From an uncultured bacterium (lineage in GTDB: Bacteria > Babelota > Babeliae > Babelales > Vermiphilaceae): a stretch of DNA of 64,000 nucleotides. Shown here one piece after another: positions 28,526 through 37,957 of the stretch. The notes under the pieces are model-generated. The model made no database searches. It was not told the DNA's origin and saw only the letters and a program-made list of their open reading frames with translations. The position numbers and the translations under genes were made by a program. Where the stretch lies: positions 1,024,001 through 1,088,000 of the forward strand of contig OY968764.1 in the NCBI GenBank assembly GCA_963695335.1. Direction: 5' to 3'. Each line of letters opens with the position of its first letter. The stretch's first letter is position 1.

Positions 28526-30154
28526 ATGATATCTTTTTATAAAAAAACTGTTGTCATAATGACAATTTTTTTTGGAACAAGCATCCACTCATCTGAATAT
28601 ACGATGAAGTCCGTTGCAAAAACATGGCTACCATCTTCAGTGTATGCAGCATTAAAAAAATGGGTTTTTTATCAACCAAAATATGTAAAACTCCAAAAAC
28701 AGTACGAAAAAGAAAAATACAAAACGGTTATCGAAAATCCACAACAATCTGCACAAGAACTACGCGCTGCAATACAAAATAGTGCAGTTCTTAACCAGCA
28801 ACTCAAAGACAATCCCAATCTATTCCTTCTCGGTGCATCATCATCTTCTTATCAAATTGAAGGTGGCTTAGATGATGTCAATGCGACCGCTCAATTTAAT
28901 AAAAAACGAAGCCTGGAAATGGCAGGCGATGCAATTGATTTTTGGAATCGTTATAAAACAGATATTCCACAAATGAAAAACGAACTTGGCATTAATAGCT
29001 TTAGACTCACGCTTGAATGGGGACGAGTACAACCCACAAAAGATACATGGGATGAAGACGCCATCGCAACATACGTTGATATTATAAAACAGTTAAAAGC
29101 ACATGGTATAGAACCTGTATTAGAACTTAATCACTATACAATACCGCTGTGGTTTGCACAGTTAAAAGGCTTTGAAAAAATAGAAAATAACCAATATTTT
29201 GTAAGGTTTGGAGAAAGAATGTATGAAGCCTTACATGAACATGCTACGTATTGGTCAAGTTTTTGCGCCATTGAAGGGTATGCATTCAAAAGTTACTATC
29301 AAGCAGACAATGAACCTGGAGAAAAAAATCTTCAAAAAACAATGGAAGTAATGTCTAACATGCTTGAAGCGCATGTTGATGTGTATCAAGCAATCAAAGC
29401 TTTATATAAAGAAAAATCTGCAACCAATAAAAATATACCCAATCCACAAATTGGTATTCAGAAAAATATCGTTCCATTAGATGCTGTTAATAAAACATGG
29501 AGACAGACAATTAACTGGCCTGTATCAAAACTGTTTACCATGATGGGTGAAGCTGCGCAAAATAAAGGTTTTTTTAACTTCTTTAACACTGGATCTTTTA
29601 AGGTATGGCTTCCAACAAAGGCATACGTAAAAACAGAATATAATCCTCATGCAAAAAAATCTCTTGATTGGATTGGCGTTAACATATATTCAAATATGTA
29701 CATGCTATGGAGTCAGCGCCAAGAAGAAACAGTTACAGACAGACAGACAGCAAACGTAAATTATAGAGATTACCCTGAAGGTATCTATCGCGCGGTAGAC
29801 ACTATAAATACCAATATTGCAAAACCATTAAACATTCCGATTATTGTTATTGAAAATGGTATTGCAACAGATAACACTGATGCGGGGAATGCAAAGCGAA
29901 CTCGCTTTTTCCAAAGAACTTTGTTTACTATTCGCAAATTGATTGAAGACAATTACAATGTTATTGGGTATACGCCATGGTCAGCCCATGATAATTATGA
30001 GTGGCCAAGTGTTGAGCAACCTGATCCTTGGGATTCGCGCCGTTATGGATTTTTCCATGTAAATTTTGATAAAAAATCGCCTAATTACTTACAAAGAACT
30101 TTAAAAACAGGCGCACATTATTACCGTGATTTTCTAAGATCATTCTCTGATTAA
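28526..30154 (+). CDS. Secreted glycoside hydrolase family 1 protein (altered acid/base motif)
   Basis: LGASSSSYQIEG, DFWNRY..D, SFRLTLEWGRVQP, HYTIPLWF, IENG nucleophile, DNYEW, RYG; NEP motif replaced by CAI. Confidence 0.88.
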   Translation: MISFYKKTVVIMTIFFGTSIHSSEYTMKSVAKTWLPSSVYAALKKWVFYQPKYVKLQKQYEKEKYKTVIENPQQSAQELRAAIQNSAVLNQQLKDNPNLFLLGASSSSYQIEGGLDDVNATAQFNKKRSLEMAGDAIDFWNRYKTDIPQMKNELGINSFRLTLEWGRVQPTKDTWDEDAIATYVDIIKQLKAHGIEPVLELNHYTIPLWFAQLKGFEKIENNQYFVRFGERMYEALHEHATYWSSFCAIEGYAFKSYYQADNEPGEKNLQKTMEVMSNMLEAHVDVYQAIKALYKEKSATNKNIPNPQIGIQKNIVPLDAVNKTWRQTINWPVSKLFTMMGEAAQNKGFFNFFNTGSFKVWLPTKAYVKTEYNPHAKKSLDWIGVNIYSNMYMLWSQRQEETVTDRQTANVNYRDYPEGIYRAVDTINTNIAKPLNIPIIVIENGIATDNTDAGNAKRTRFFQRTLFTIRKLIEDNYNVIGYTPWSAHDNYEWPSVEQPDPWDSRRYGFFHVNFDKKSPNYLQRTLKTGAHYYRDFLRSFSD

Positions 30155-30163
30155 AAAAAATAG

Positions 30164-30226
30164 CTACCGCTCAAACTCTTTTTCTATAGTACTGAGTTGT
30201 CGTTGCAATTTTGCATCTTCAAGGAT
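30164..30226 (-). repeat. Duplicated 3' end of dnaA (att-like direct repeat of 31412-31474)
   Basis: Encodes ILEDAKLQRQLSTIEKEFER*, identical to the DnaA C-terminus; 7 nucleotide differences, all synonymous. Confidence 0.9.
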
Positions 30227-30308
30227 ATAAGTGACGTTTTACTGATAATGATGTGACTGTATATAAAAATGGATAAATAAATTACTAAAATAATCTTGAG
30301 GATATGAC

Positions 30309-31310
30309 ATGAAATATATATCAACATTGTTTTTATTGGTTATAATGCCTGTTTTAGGACAAGAATTACCATGGTATAAAGATAAAGAAACTATTAGAGG
30401 CCGAATTTATAAAAATTTATCTGTTCCTGCAATTAATACGTTTCAATTAATCCAATCAAAAATATCTTCTGCATTGACAATGACAACGAGCTATGTGAAT
30501 AAAAATATATTTCAAAAAAAGATCACATCTATTGAATCAGAATTGAAAAATATTGAAAATGATTTACGGTCACAAGAGCATAAAACAATAGATACTATTT
30601 TTCGCAAAAATGAATTAGATGAATCAACTATACCTTTTTGCTTTGAGATACTTAATGATCTTAAAAAATTCGGCCAAGAATACATGAGTAAACCTGAACC
30701 AAATATTCATCATGATACAATAATTCCAGTAGAATTATCCATAATGCTTATTAAATGTTTAAAGCAAGATGCTATCAATCCCAATAGTATTAATATTATT
30801 GATAAAAGAAATGATGAAGCCTTACAGAAAGAAGTTTTTGAAGACGCAATAGCCATGGCTCCTTATCATAATTGGAGCGTTCTAGAAGGACGACTTATCA
30901 TACATAAAGAACATCCTCAATTTTATGGCACTATTGTATTATTACCTAAAATAAAAAAAGTTAATTCCAATGATGAACAAGAAGCAATGATAACACATGA
31001 ATGTGAACATATTAAAGAGCAGCACAGTGTAACATGTGCTGTTATTAAAAGTTGCTTATATCGTTTAACTGATAATTATAATGAAGAACAACTATTGAAT
31101 AGTCCAGAATGGCATAATCTTACTAATATTCATGAGCAACAAGCAGAAATTTTCCCTAGTTTGCGTGATCCCAAGGTTGCTTCATTAATGAGAAAAATGC
31201 GAGAAAAACATCATTACACAGGCACTCTTTATGAAAATCATTATAATAACCTGAGTAAAATCGATGAAATGTGGAAGCAACATAATTGGTTAAAAAAGCA
31301 AATTAAATAA
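30309..31310 (+). CDS. Secreted HEXXH metallopeptidase-like protein
   Basis: Signal peptide; THECEH plus downstream HEQQAE. Confidence 0.7.
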   Translation: MKYISTLFLLVIMPVLGQELPWYKDKETIRGRIYKNLSVPAINTFQLIQSKISSALTMTTSYVNKNIFQKKITSIESELKNIENDLRSQEHKTIDTIFRKNELDESTIPFCFEILNDLKKFGQEYMSKPEPNIHHDTIIPVELSIMLIKCLKQDAINPNSINIIDKRNDEALQKEVFEDAIAMAPYHNWSVLEGRLIIHKEHPQFYGTIVLLPKIKKVNSNDEQEAMITHECEHIKEQHSVTCAVIKSCLYRLTDNYNEEQLLNSPEWHNLTNIHEQQAEIFPSLRDPKVASLMRKMREKHHYTGTLYENHYNNLSKIDEMWKQHNWLKKQIK

Positions 31311-31349
31311 ATCATTAATACTGGATACTGTGTTTCACTCAAATCAGCC

Positions 31350-31395
31350 ATAGCGCAATAAACATCGTAATTAGTTTATTGCGCTATTATTTTTA
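31350..31395. terminator. Terminator hairpin between convergent genes
   Basis: ATAGCGCAATAAAC-(loop)-GTTTATTGCGCTAT followed by T tract. Confidence 0.7.
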
Positions 31396-31411
31396 ATCAA
31401 AAACAATCTTT

Positions 31412-32836
31412 TTACCGCTCGAACTCTTTTTCTATAGTACTGAGTTGCCGCTGCAGCTTTGCATCTTCAAGAATGCACTGTTCTATTTTAGAAATGGCAT
31501 GTTTAACCGTTGTATGATTTCGATCTCCAAGATACGCACCAATTTCTCGTAATGATTTATTGGTGTGTTTTTTCATGATATACATGGTAAGTTGCCGAAC
31601 TAAGGCCAACTCCTTATTTCTGTTCTGTGACCTCAATTCATCCAATGAATAAGGAAAATGCTTGGCAACAGCCCTCACAACAACTTTAAAATCAATCCCT
31701 TGCTTTTCTGCCGGAACTTCATCATTAAAAAAGACTTTTTGCACCAAAGCTAAGCTAATCGGTTCCTTTGTTAAATGAGCAAACGCAATGACGCGTATCA
31801 ACGCCCCTTCAAGTTCTCTGATGTTAGAAGTGACATACGAAGCAAGAAAATGAGCCACTTCATCACTCAAAAACTCACCGCTTACTTCAGCTTTTCTTTT
31901 TAAAATAGCAGTTTTAACCTCAATACAGGGCTGGTGAATATCTGCAATCATACCTGATGCTAATCGTGATCGTAAACGCTCTGCTATACCATTAATATTT
32001 TGTGGAAACGTGTCACTAGAAAATACAATTTGCTTGCGTGCATCATATAATGAATTAAAGATATGAAAAAATGCTTCTTGAGTAGTTTCTTTATTAGAAA
32101 TGAACTGAATATCATCAATTAATAAGACATCTACTTGCTGATATTTTTTTTGAAAGCGATCTATTTTGTCAAATCGAATTGCATTAATAAATTCACTGAC
32201 AAAACGATCTGCTGTTTGATACAGAATGACCGCTTTTTTATTTTGCGCTTGAATAGTGTTACCGATAGCATGTAATAAATGTGTTTTGCCCAATCCAGAT
32301 CCACCATAAAAAAATAATGGATTATAAAGATCGCCTGGCTTTTGTGCAACAGCACATGCAGCTGCATATGCAAGAGAATTGCTTGGTCCAACAACAAATG
32401 TTTCAAACACATACTTTTTATTAAGATGTCCCTGGTGCTCTGATGGCTTAGAGCCAATGAGATGAGTTTTTTGTTGATTATTATAGGGAATAACATGCGC
32501 GGGACGAAAAACTTTTGCTTGAGGCGTTTTTGCTTCAATTACCGATACTTGTAACTCATTGCCAGACTCAATATCATCGTTTTTTTTCGATGATGTTGTT
32601 AAAAAAACAACTTTTGGGTCAACAACATTTAATAGACGTCCAAGATGGGTTTGAAAAACAGAACGATAATTTTTTTCAAGCCAATTACAGACAAATACAT
32701 TAGGTGCTTGCAAATAAATAACTTTTTCTTTGTTATCCCATTGGGTGATAGAAACAGCTTTAAACCATGTTTCCACAACACGGCTGCCAAGCTCTTCTTT
32801 CGCAATTTTTAAAAAATCTTCCCAAATAAAACGCAT
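31412..32836 (-). CDS. dnaA: Chromosomal replication initiator DnaA
   Basis: YNPLFFYGGSGLGKTHL, LLIDDIQF, TQEAFFHIFN, RLRSR, NIRELEGAL, RNHTTV.HA. Confidence 0.98.
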   Translation of the reverse strand: MRFIWEDFLKIAKEELGSRVVETWFKAVSITQWDNKEKVIYLQAPNVFVCNWLEKNYRSVFQTHLGRLLNVVDPKVVFLTTSSKKNDDIESGNELQVSVIEAKTPQAKVFRPAHVIPYNNQQKTHLIGSKPSEHQGHLNKKYVFETFVVGPSNSLAYAAACAVAQKPGDLYNPLFFYGGSGLGKTHLLHAIGNTIQAQNKKAVILYQTADRFVSEFINAIRFDKIDRFQKKYQQVDVLLIDDIQFISNKETTQEAFFHIFNSLYDARKQIVFSSDTFPQNINGIAERLRSRLASGMIADIHQPCIEVKTAILKRKAEVSGEFLSDEVAHFLASYVTSNIRELEGALIRVIAFAHLTKEPISLALVQKVFFNDEVPAEKQGIDFKVVVRAVAKHFPYSLDELRSQNRNKELALVRQLTMYIMKKHTNKSLREIGAYLGDRNHTTVKHAISKIEQCILEDAKLQRQLSTIEKEFER

Positions 32837-33009
32837 CACGGCAATTAAACCCACCTACATAAAAAACCTTAATAAACTTGTATCCTACCAGCTTTTTACA
32901 TAAGCAACAATAAAATAGTAAAAATCTTAACTTGATTTATTACTTCAATAAGGTAAGTTACTAAAAAAGGTATAAAATAGTTCAATACATCTTAAAAAAG
33001 GAATGTTAT

Positions 33010-33390
33010 ATGAATATCTCAAAAAATTTACTGCTTCTAATCGCAAGCAGCACTATTGCGCTATCTTCTGCTGCAACAGAATCCACACATCAATCAAAAT
33101 CTCAGCTTAAAAATAAAAGAGTTCCTGCAGCTATATTACTCAGTATTATTAATGACTCAAAAGAAATTGGTGATCTACTCATAACAACTTACAACAATCT
33201 TCCTTCTGCTGAACAACAACAAATAGTCACAACGTTACTCAATATGTTTATGACCATTTTACAAAGTTCTCAAACAACTCCTGCTCAAACTACCACTCAG
33301 CCAAGCACAATCACTCCAACCAGTACTCCTGCTCAACCAATAACTAATACTCCAGCAACAACAAATACTCAAACAACACCTCAACAATAA
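33010..33390 (+). CDS. Small secreted protein with Thr/Pro/Gln-rich tail
   Basis: Signal peptide; low-complexity C-terminus. Confidence 0.65.
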   Translation: MNISKNLLLLIASSTIALSSAATESTHQSKSQLKNKRVPAAILLSIINDSKEIGDLLITTYNNLPSAEQQQIVTTLLNMFMTILQSSQTTPAQTTTQPSTITPTSTPAQPITNTPATTNTQTTPQQ

Positions 33391-33401
33391 AAACGTTGAT
33401 T

Positions 33402-34547
33402 TTACAAAGCAACAGATAAGATACCATCACAAATGGCTTGCGCAATATGATTTCGATATTCAGCATCATTCAATAATGCTGCTTCTTTTGGATGTGAAAC
33501 AAACCCAACTTCAACAAGTATTGCTGGAGCCTGCGCACCCAACAACACTTGTGACACAGAATGCTTAACTTTACGATCAATGGCAACGTCATGAAAAGGC
33601 AATATAGTATTGCACACATGACGTTGCACTGCTTGAGCCAATGCATATGAGCTATCTGCACGTTGATTAACTACATCAGTACAAAAGTTTTGTTGCCAAT
33701 TTGATAGTTGTGAATACTCTCGCTGTAATAACGATTGCTTTAAACAAAATGTCTCAACGCCAACTGCTCGCTGATTTGGTGCCCAATTGGCATGAATAGA
33801 AACAAACAAATCTGCATGATTATTGTTTGCATATGATGTACGCTCATCCAACCCAACAGTATCATCACCTGTTCTTGTCATCACAACAGAAAATCCATGT
33901 TGCTCCAGCAAATTACTCACTTTGGTACCTATTGCCAAACAAATATCTTTTTCTCTAATCCCACCATGACCCATTGCACCACAATCAACACCTCCATGCC
34001 CAGGATCAATTGCTATGCACGGTTTAGAATTATGCCATAATGTACGTAAAACAGGATGATTATTGCTCTGCTCAAGCTTTTTTAATAATTCTTTATTATA
34101 CAATCTAAACACAATGCCTTTTTGCAAACTGATGGAATCAAACGTTTCATAACTGAGAGCAAATTTGCTGCCATCAAAGTTAAAAACAATCATAATTCCC
34201 TTTTCTGGCTTGATTACTTGCTCAATAGTTATAGTGTAACTACCACTATGATTACGTAAAGCTTGTATCATAGCTTCACATTCCTCGTTGCTAATTACTG
34301 CTTTTGGAAAAAAAAAGACACACGATTGGGCATTACAACTTTTATTGTTCTTTATCTCTTGTATTTGTAAATCACCGGAAAAATAACAAGAAATATTTGC
34401 CAACTCAAGAAGCACAGGGCTTTGCGTGGTATGATGATACACTTTGTTTAATACCACTGGACCATCACCGCTAAAAGAATTAAATGCATACAACATACTC
34501 ACTATCACGAACAACGGCACCAAGAAATTCTCTATTATTTTATTCAT
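33402..34547 (-). CDS. N-acetylmuramoyl-L-alanine amidase (Amidase_3, AmiC-like)
   Basis: IDPGHGG.D.GA, EKD, MTR..D, ERT, FVSIHAN, AILVEVGF. Confidence 0.9.
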   Translation of the reverse strand: MNKIIENFLVPLFVIVSMLYAFNSFSGDGPVVLNKVYHHTTQSPVLLELANISCYFSGDLQIQEIKNNKSCNAQSCVFFFPKAVISNEECEAMIQALRNHSGSYTITIEQVIKPEKGIMIVFNFDGSKFALSYETFDSISLQKGIVFRLYNKELLKKLEQSNNHPVLRTLWHNSKPCIAIDPGHGGVDCGAMGHGGIREKDICLAIGTKVSNLLEQHGFSVVMTRTGDDTVGLDERTSYANNNHADLFVSIHANWAPNQRAVGVETFCLKQSLLQREYSQLSNWQQNFCTDVVNQRADSSYALAQAVQRHVCNTILPFHDVAIDRKVKHSVSQVLLGAQAPAILVEVGFVSHPKEAALLNDAEYRNHIAQAICDGILSVAL

Positions 34548-34572
34548 CTCAACCCCCAATTTTTAAAATTTA

Positions 34573-34630
34573 CGTTCATCCTGCCGTGTCCTCCGTAGCC
34601 TTGGCGCAGGAGGAAGCTCGTCGAAGGATC
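34573..34630. repeat. Family-A half interrupted by family-B hairpin
   Basis: CGTTCATCCTG [CCGTGTCCTCCGTAGCCTTGGCGCAGGAGGA] AGCTCGTCGAAGGATC. Confidence 0.7.
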
Positions 34631-34808
34631 TAATTTCAGAGTAGTTGATAAATTATCAAACAGTCAATAATATTTTATAAAATTAAAATTTTAACTATTA
34701 ATTTGAATTATCGAGGCCTGTAATTTTTACAAACTGTAGCGAAGAATAAGACCTTTTTTTTAAACTTAGGTTGTAAACACAATCTACTCTAAATTAAAAA
34801 TCCTAATC

Positions 34809-34882
34809 GCGCTCGCCCTGAACGTGTTGAAGGGTATCTTAGAGCGCTCGAGGATATCCTTCGACAGGCTCAGGACGAGCGC
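34809..34882. repeat. Family-A REPIN-like palindrome (complete copy)
   Basis: Near-exact reverse complement of 21319-21392. Confidence 0.85.
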
Positions 34883-34934
34883 TGGAAGTACAATTTAGGG
34901 AATGGTTTGAACATTGGAATAGAGGGGGATTCCT

Positions 34935-36185
34935 ATGAAATCAAAATATTTTATAACACTCTACATAGCAACTTACGCATCCATTATCATTTCCGCAGAG
35001 CGTACACAAAAAGCTGTGATAAATGTTCCCATAGCAGATTTAATAGGGCAACAGATAATCACCATGCGGCCTGATCAATCAGCACAAACAGCATATAGCT
35101 CAATAGCTCTGTGTGGCGGTAAAACAAACTCTACCTATTCATGCCCGCGGTTACATCAAGCTCTTTATAATGACATTGTTGAAGTGGTGAAAAAAGTTGA
35201 TGATGAAGTATACATACGCATTCCTCAAACCTATTACCTCACTCCTTCATCTTCAACACCGCAATCATTGTACTGGACATTGAAGACAAATATCACACCA
35301 CTTGAAAATCTTGCGCAACACAATATTCTCCTTAATCATCTACCAGAACCCATTGATTTTACCAACAATACTCAACAATCACTTTATGATAATAATATTA
35401 TAACTCTTATAGAACCTCATTATGACCCAAGTTTACAGATGCATTTTTCTGTGGGAACACGGTTTACACGAACACCAACAGAAACCAAAAAAAAGAACAG
35501 TGTAGAAGTTTTTGCTATTAATTATCAGACAAACAAAGAGTACCGTATAAAAATACCTCGTCACAAATGCATGATCATAGACGAACAAAAATCAGAGCAT
35601 GAAAGAATCATAGATTACGTGCATTTACTCAAAAAATGGGCTCACACAAAACATGGCTGCATTCCCTACACGTGGGGTGGCACAAGCTTTGCACACACAA
35701 CACAGGGCAATTTTAAAGAAGTTATGCATACAACCCATAATGGTGATTACTCTGCATATGAATATGAGAATGATACTCATTGCCCAAAAAGTGGTTTTGA
35801 CTGTTCTGGCGTTATTGCACGCGCAACCCAAATATGCGGCATTCCCTACTTTTGTAAAAACACAACAACAATTGCTCAATGCCTGCAACCACTTGCAACA
35901 GGGCAAATGGTATCACCCGGCGACTTGATTTTAATTAAAGGGCACGTCATGGCAGTTTCTGATACCAACAAAAACTTGCTCATCGAAGCCCGCTCATATG
36001 CACATGGCTATGGAAAGCTCCATGAAATTCCACTCAGCCAAATGTTTGAAGGCATAGAAACATATCAAGACTTAGCTGATGCATATTTCAAAAAATCAAT
36101 TATTAAAATAAAAGATAAACAAGGAAATGTACGCGGAACATTTGCAAACCTACAACTGTTTTCTATGGCAAGTGTCTGGAAATAA
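34935..36185 (+). CDS. NlpC/P60 cysteine peptidase with N-terminal SH3-like region
   Basis: Signal peptide; PYTWGG, GFDCSG, PGDLI...GHV. Confidence 0.88.
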   Translation: MKSKYFITLYIATYASIIISAERTQKAVINVPIADLIGQQIITMRPDQSAQTAYSSIALCGGKTNSTYSCPRLHQALYNDIVEVVKKVDDEVYIRIPQTYYLTPSSSTPQSLYWTLKTNITPLENLAQHNILLNHLPEPIDFTNNTQQSLYDNNIITLIEPHYDPSLQMHFSVGTRFTRTPTETKKKNSVEVFAINYQTNKEYRIKIPRHKCMIIDEQKSEHERIIDYVHLLKKWAHTKHGCIPYTWGGTSFAHTTQGNFKEVMHTTHNGDYSAYEYENDTHCPKSGFDCSGVIARATQICGIPYFCKNTTTIAQCLQPLATGQMVSPGDLILIKGHVMAVSDTNKNLLIEARSYAHGYGKLHEIPLSQMFEGIETYQDLADAYFKKSIIKIKDKQGNVRGTFANLQLFSMASVWK

Positions 36186-36186
36186 A

Positions 36187-36216
36187 AAAAGGTGATACCG
36201 CAATTGGTATCACCTT
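36187..36216. terminator. Intrinsic terminator
   Basis: AAGGTGATACC-GCAATT-GGTATCACCTT. Confidence 0.75.
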
Positions 36217-36240
36217 AATATAACTCAAAAAAATAATTTC

Positions 36241-36723
36241 TTATGCTTCAATATTGTTTGAACATGGAGTTGGTTTACTAAGTACAACAGGGCTTACTGC
36301 AACAGCTCGCTCATTTTGAACAGCTTTGTCATTGCGATTATAATAGAAATGCCCTGCTAATAATCCAGCGGCAACATACATGTTTCTGCTTTTTACTCTT
36401 CTCAAAGCTTTTGATACATCTTTTGAGATGCTTTCAATTTGAGCAGTTTTACCAGCCATTGATGCTCTTCCAAAGAAAAATACCGCAGGAACATACATTG
36501 GATATTGCGTAAAAACTTTTTCTGTTTGCTCTAATGCTTTATTTGTATAGTCTTTCGCTACATCAATATTTTCTTGCGCAGTTACGTTTGCATACAACTT
36601 TTTTAATTCCGCAACTATTTCACTATTTTGCTCAGCAACTTCAGTTTTTGTTGTATCTTCTGCTTTTATAGCAACTGCTGCAACAAGTACAAAACTCAGT
36701 AACAATTTATTCACATTGATCAT
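36241..36723 (-). CDS. Secreted/membrane hypothetical protein
   Basis: Signal peptide VAAVAIKA; 160 aa. Confidence 0.7.
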   Translation of the reverse strand: MINVNKLLLSFVLVAAVAIKAEDTTKTEVAEQNSEIVAELKKLYANVTAQENIDVAKDYTNKALEQTEKVFTQYPMYVPAVFFFGRASMAGKTAQIESISKDVSKALRRVKSRNMYVAAGLLAGHFYYNRNDKAVQNERAVAVSPVVLSKPTPCSNNIEA

Positions 36724-36839
36724 GTATAAAAACCCCTAAAAAAAATAAACCTATATTTACTTATAAGGGTTATTGTATCAATCGTATGACAATGTGTCAA
36801 AAATGTATTTTTTATAAAAACTTTAAATCATGCTCTAAA

Positions 36840-37427
36840 TTATACTGATTCTATTTTCTGCAATATCGCATGACATTGATCTATCCACGCCAAAATAAGC
36901 GTCTCTTGTAATTCAACTATCGCTATTGGTTTGCAATTCTCCGTATACTCATCAAAAGAAACATACAAGTCGCCTTCATCAGGATCTGAAAATAACCATG
37001 GATAGGCTGAACTTATTTCCAAATATATTTTACCATTCACATTATATAACCATGTTTGTACATTATTAGGTGAAGACCACACCCAATATTTTGAAAAAAT
37101 ATCATTTTTCTCTTCTAATTCATTGGTGTTTGCATAAGTCATTTTACTAAAACAATATCCTACTTTCCCGACAACAAAAGACTCATCCAATAACAATTCT
37201 TTTTTGAGTACTTTTTCTAGAGTACCAATAAAGGTATTAATTATTTCTCGTATAATATCCTTGGCTAAAATAACTGTTCTGCTACCATGAACATACTGTA
37301 CTTCAACTTCATCAAATATATGTAACCTTACAACCTGGTACCCATACACATTAACTTTATTGTGCCTATCTATAACTATTTCTATATTTTGCGATTCTGA
37401 AATTGGAAAACTAATTAATGACGTCAT
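36840..37427 (-). CDS. Hypothetical protein, candidate second/orphan immunity protein
   Basis: Acidic, aromatic-rich, no signal peptide; last gene of toxin operon. Confidence 0.6.
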   Translation of the reverse strand: MTSLISFPISESQNIEIVIDRHNKVNVYGYQVVRLHIFDEVEVQYVHGSRTVILAKDIIREIINTFIGTLEKVLKKELLLDESFVVGKVGYCFSKMTYANTNELEEKNDIFSKYWVWSSPNNVQTWLYNVNGKIYLEISSAYPWLFSDPDEGDLYVSFDEYTENCKPIAIVELQETLILAWIDQCHAILQKIESV

Positions 37428-37442
37428 TAGTATCGACCTGAT

Positions 37443-37955
37443 CTATTTATAAGGAGATTCAAAACTTTCAACATACAACCCAGATTGTCTTATTTTTTGG
37501 ATCACATCCTTGCATTCTAATCTGCTTCCAATATACATATAGTAGTCATAGCCAAAATGAGCAAACATGTTATATTTGCTTATCAATTTACACCAAAAAT
37601 ATCCTCGCAATATTAATCTTGATGCCATTGCAACTTGTTCTGATGATAATAAATCATTTTCTTTAATTGTATTAACAAACATAACTTCTACTTTGTCAGC
37701 GAGTGGATCAGAATTTATACGGTCACTACTTTCTAAGTCCTTAACCTGTAAATGTGAAATATTTAAACACGTCATAAATTGTAATATTGCATTTATATAG
37801 AGATTCTCTACCTGTATGTATTTATCATAAGTAAGTTTTTCTCCTTGATATACATTTCCGATATCTCCATAAGAAATCCATGTTTCTTCCAGAAACCATC
37901 CTTGTGAGTTACGCTTTTCTGGATCATATTTTGTTATTCTCCAACAATATTTCAT
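37443..37955 (-). CDS. Candidate cognate immunity protein
   Basis: Starts 2 nt after the toxin stop; WRITKYDP...W.SYGDIG...HFGYDYYMYIG; cytoplasmic. Confidence 0.7.
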   Translation of the reverse strand: MKYCWRITKYDPEKRNSQGWFLEETWISYGDIGNVYQGEKLTYDKYIQVENLYINAILQFMTCLNISHLQVKDLESSDRINSDPLADKVEVMFVNTIKENDLLSSEQVAMASRLILRGYFWCKLISKYNMFAHFGYDYYMYIGSRLECKDVIQKIRQSGLYVESFESPYK

Positions 37956-37957
37956 TT

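Noticed and set aside
32855..33009. oriC next to dnaA
   Set aside because: No clear TTATCCACA-type DnaA-box cluster seen by eye and no dnaN adjacent; GC skew could not be computed.
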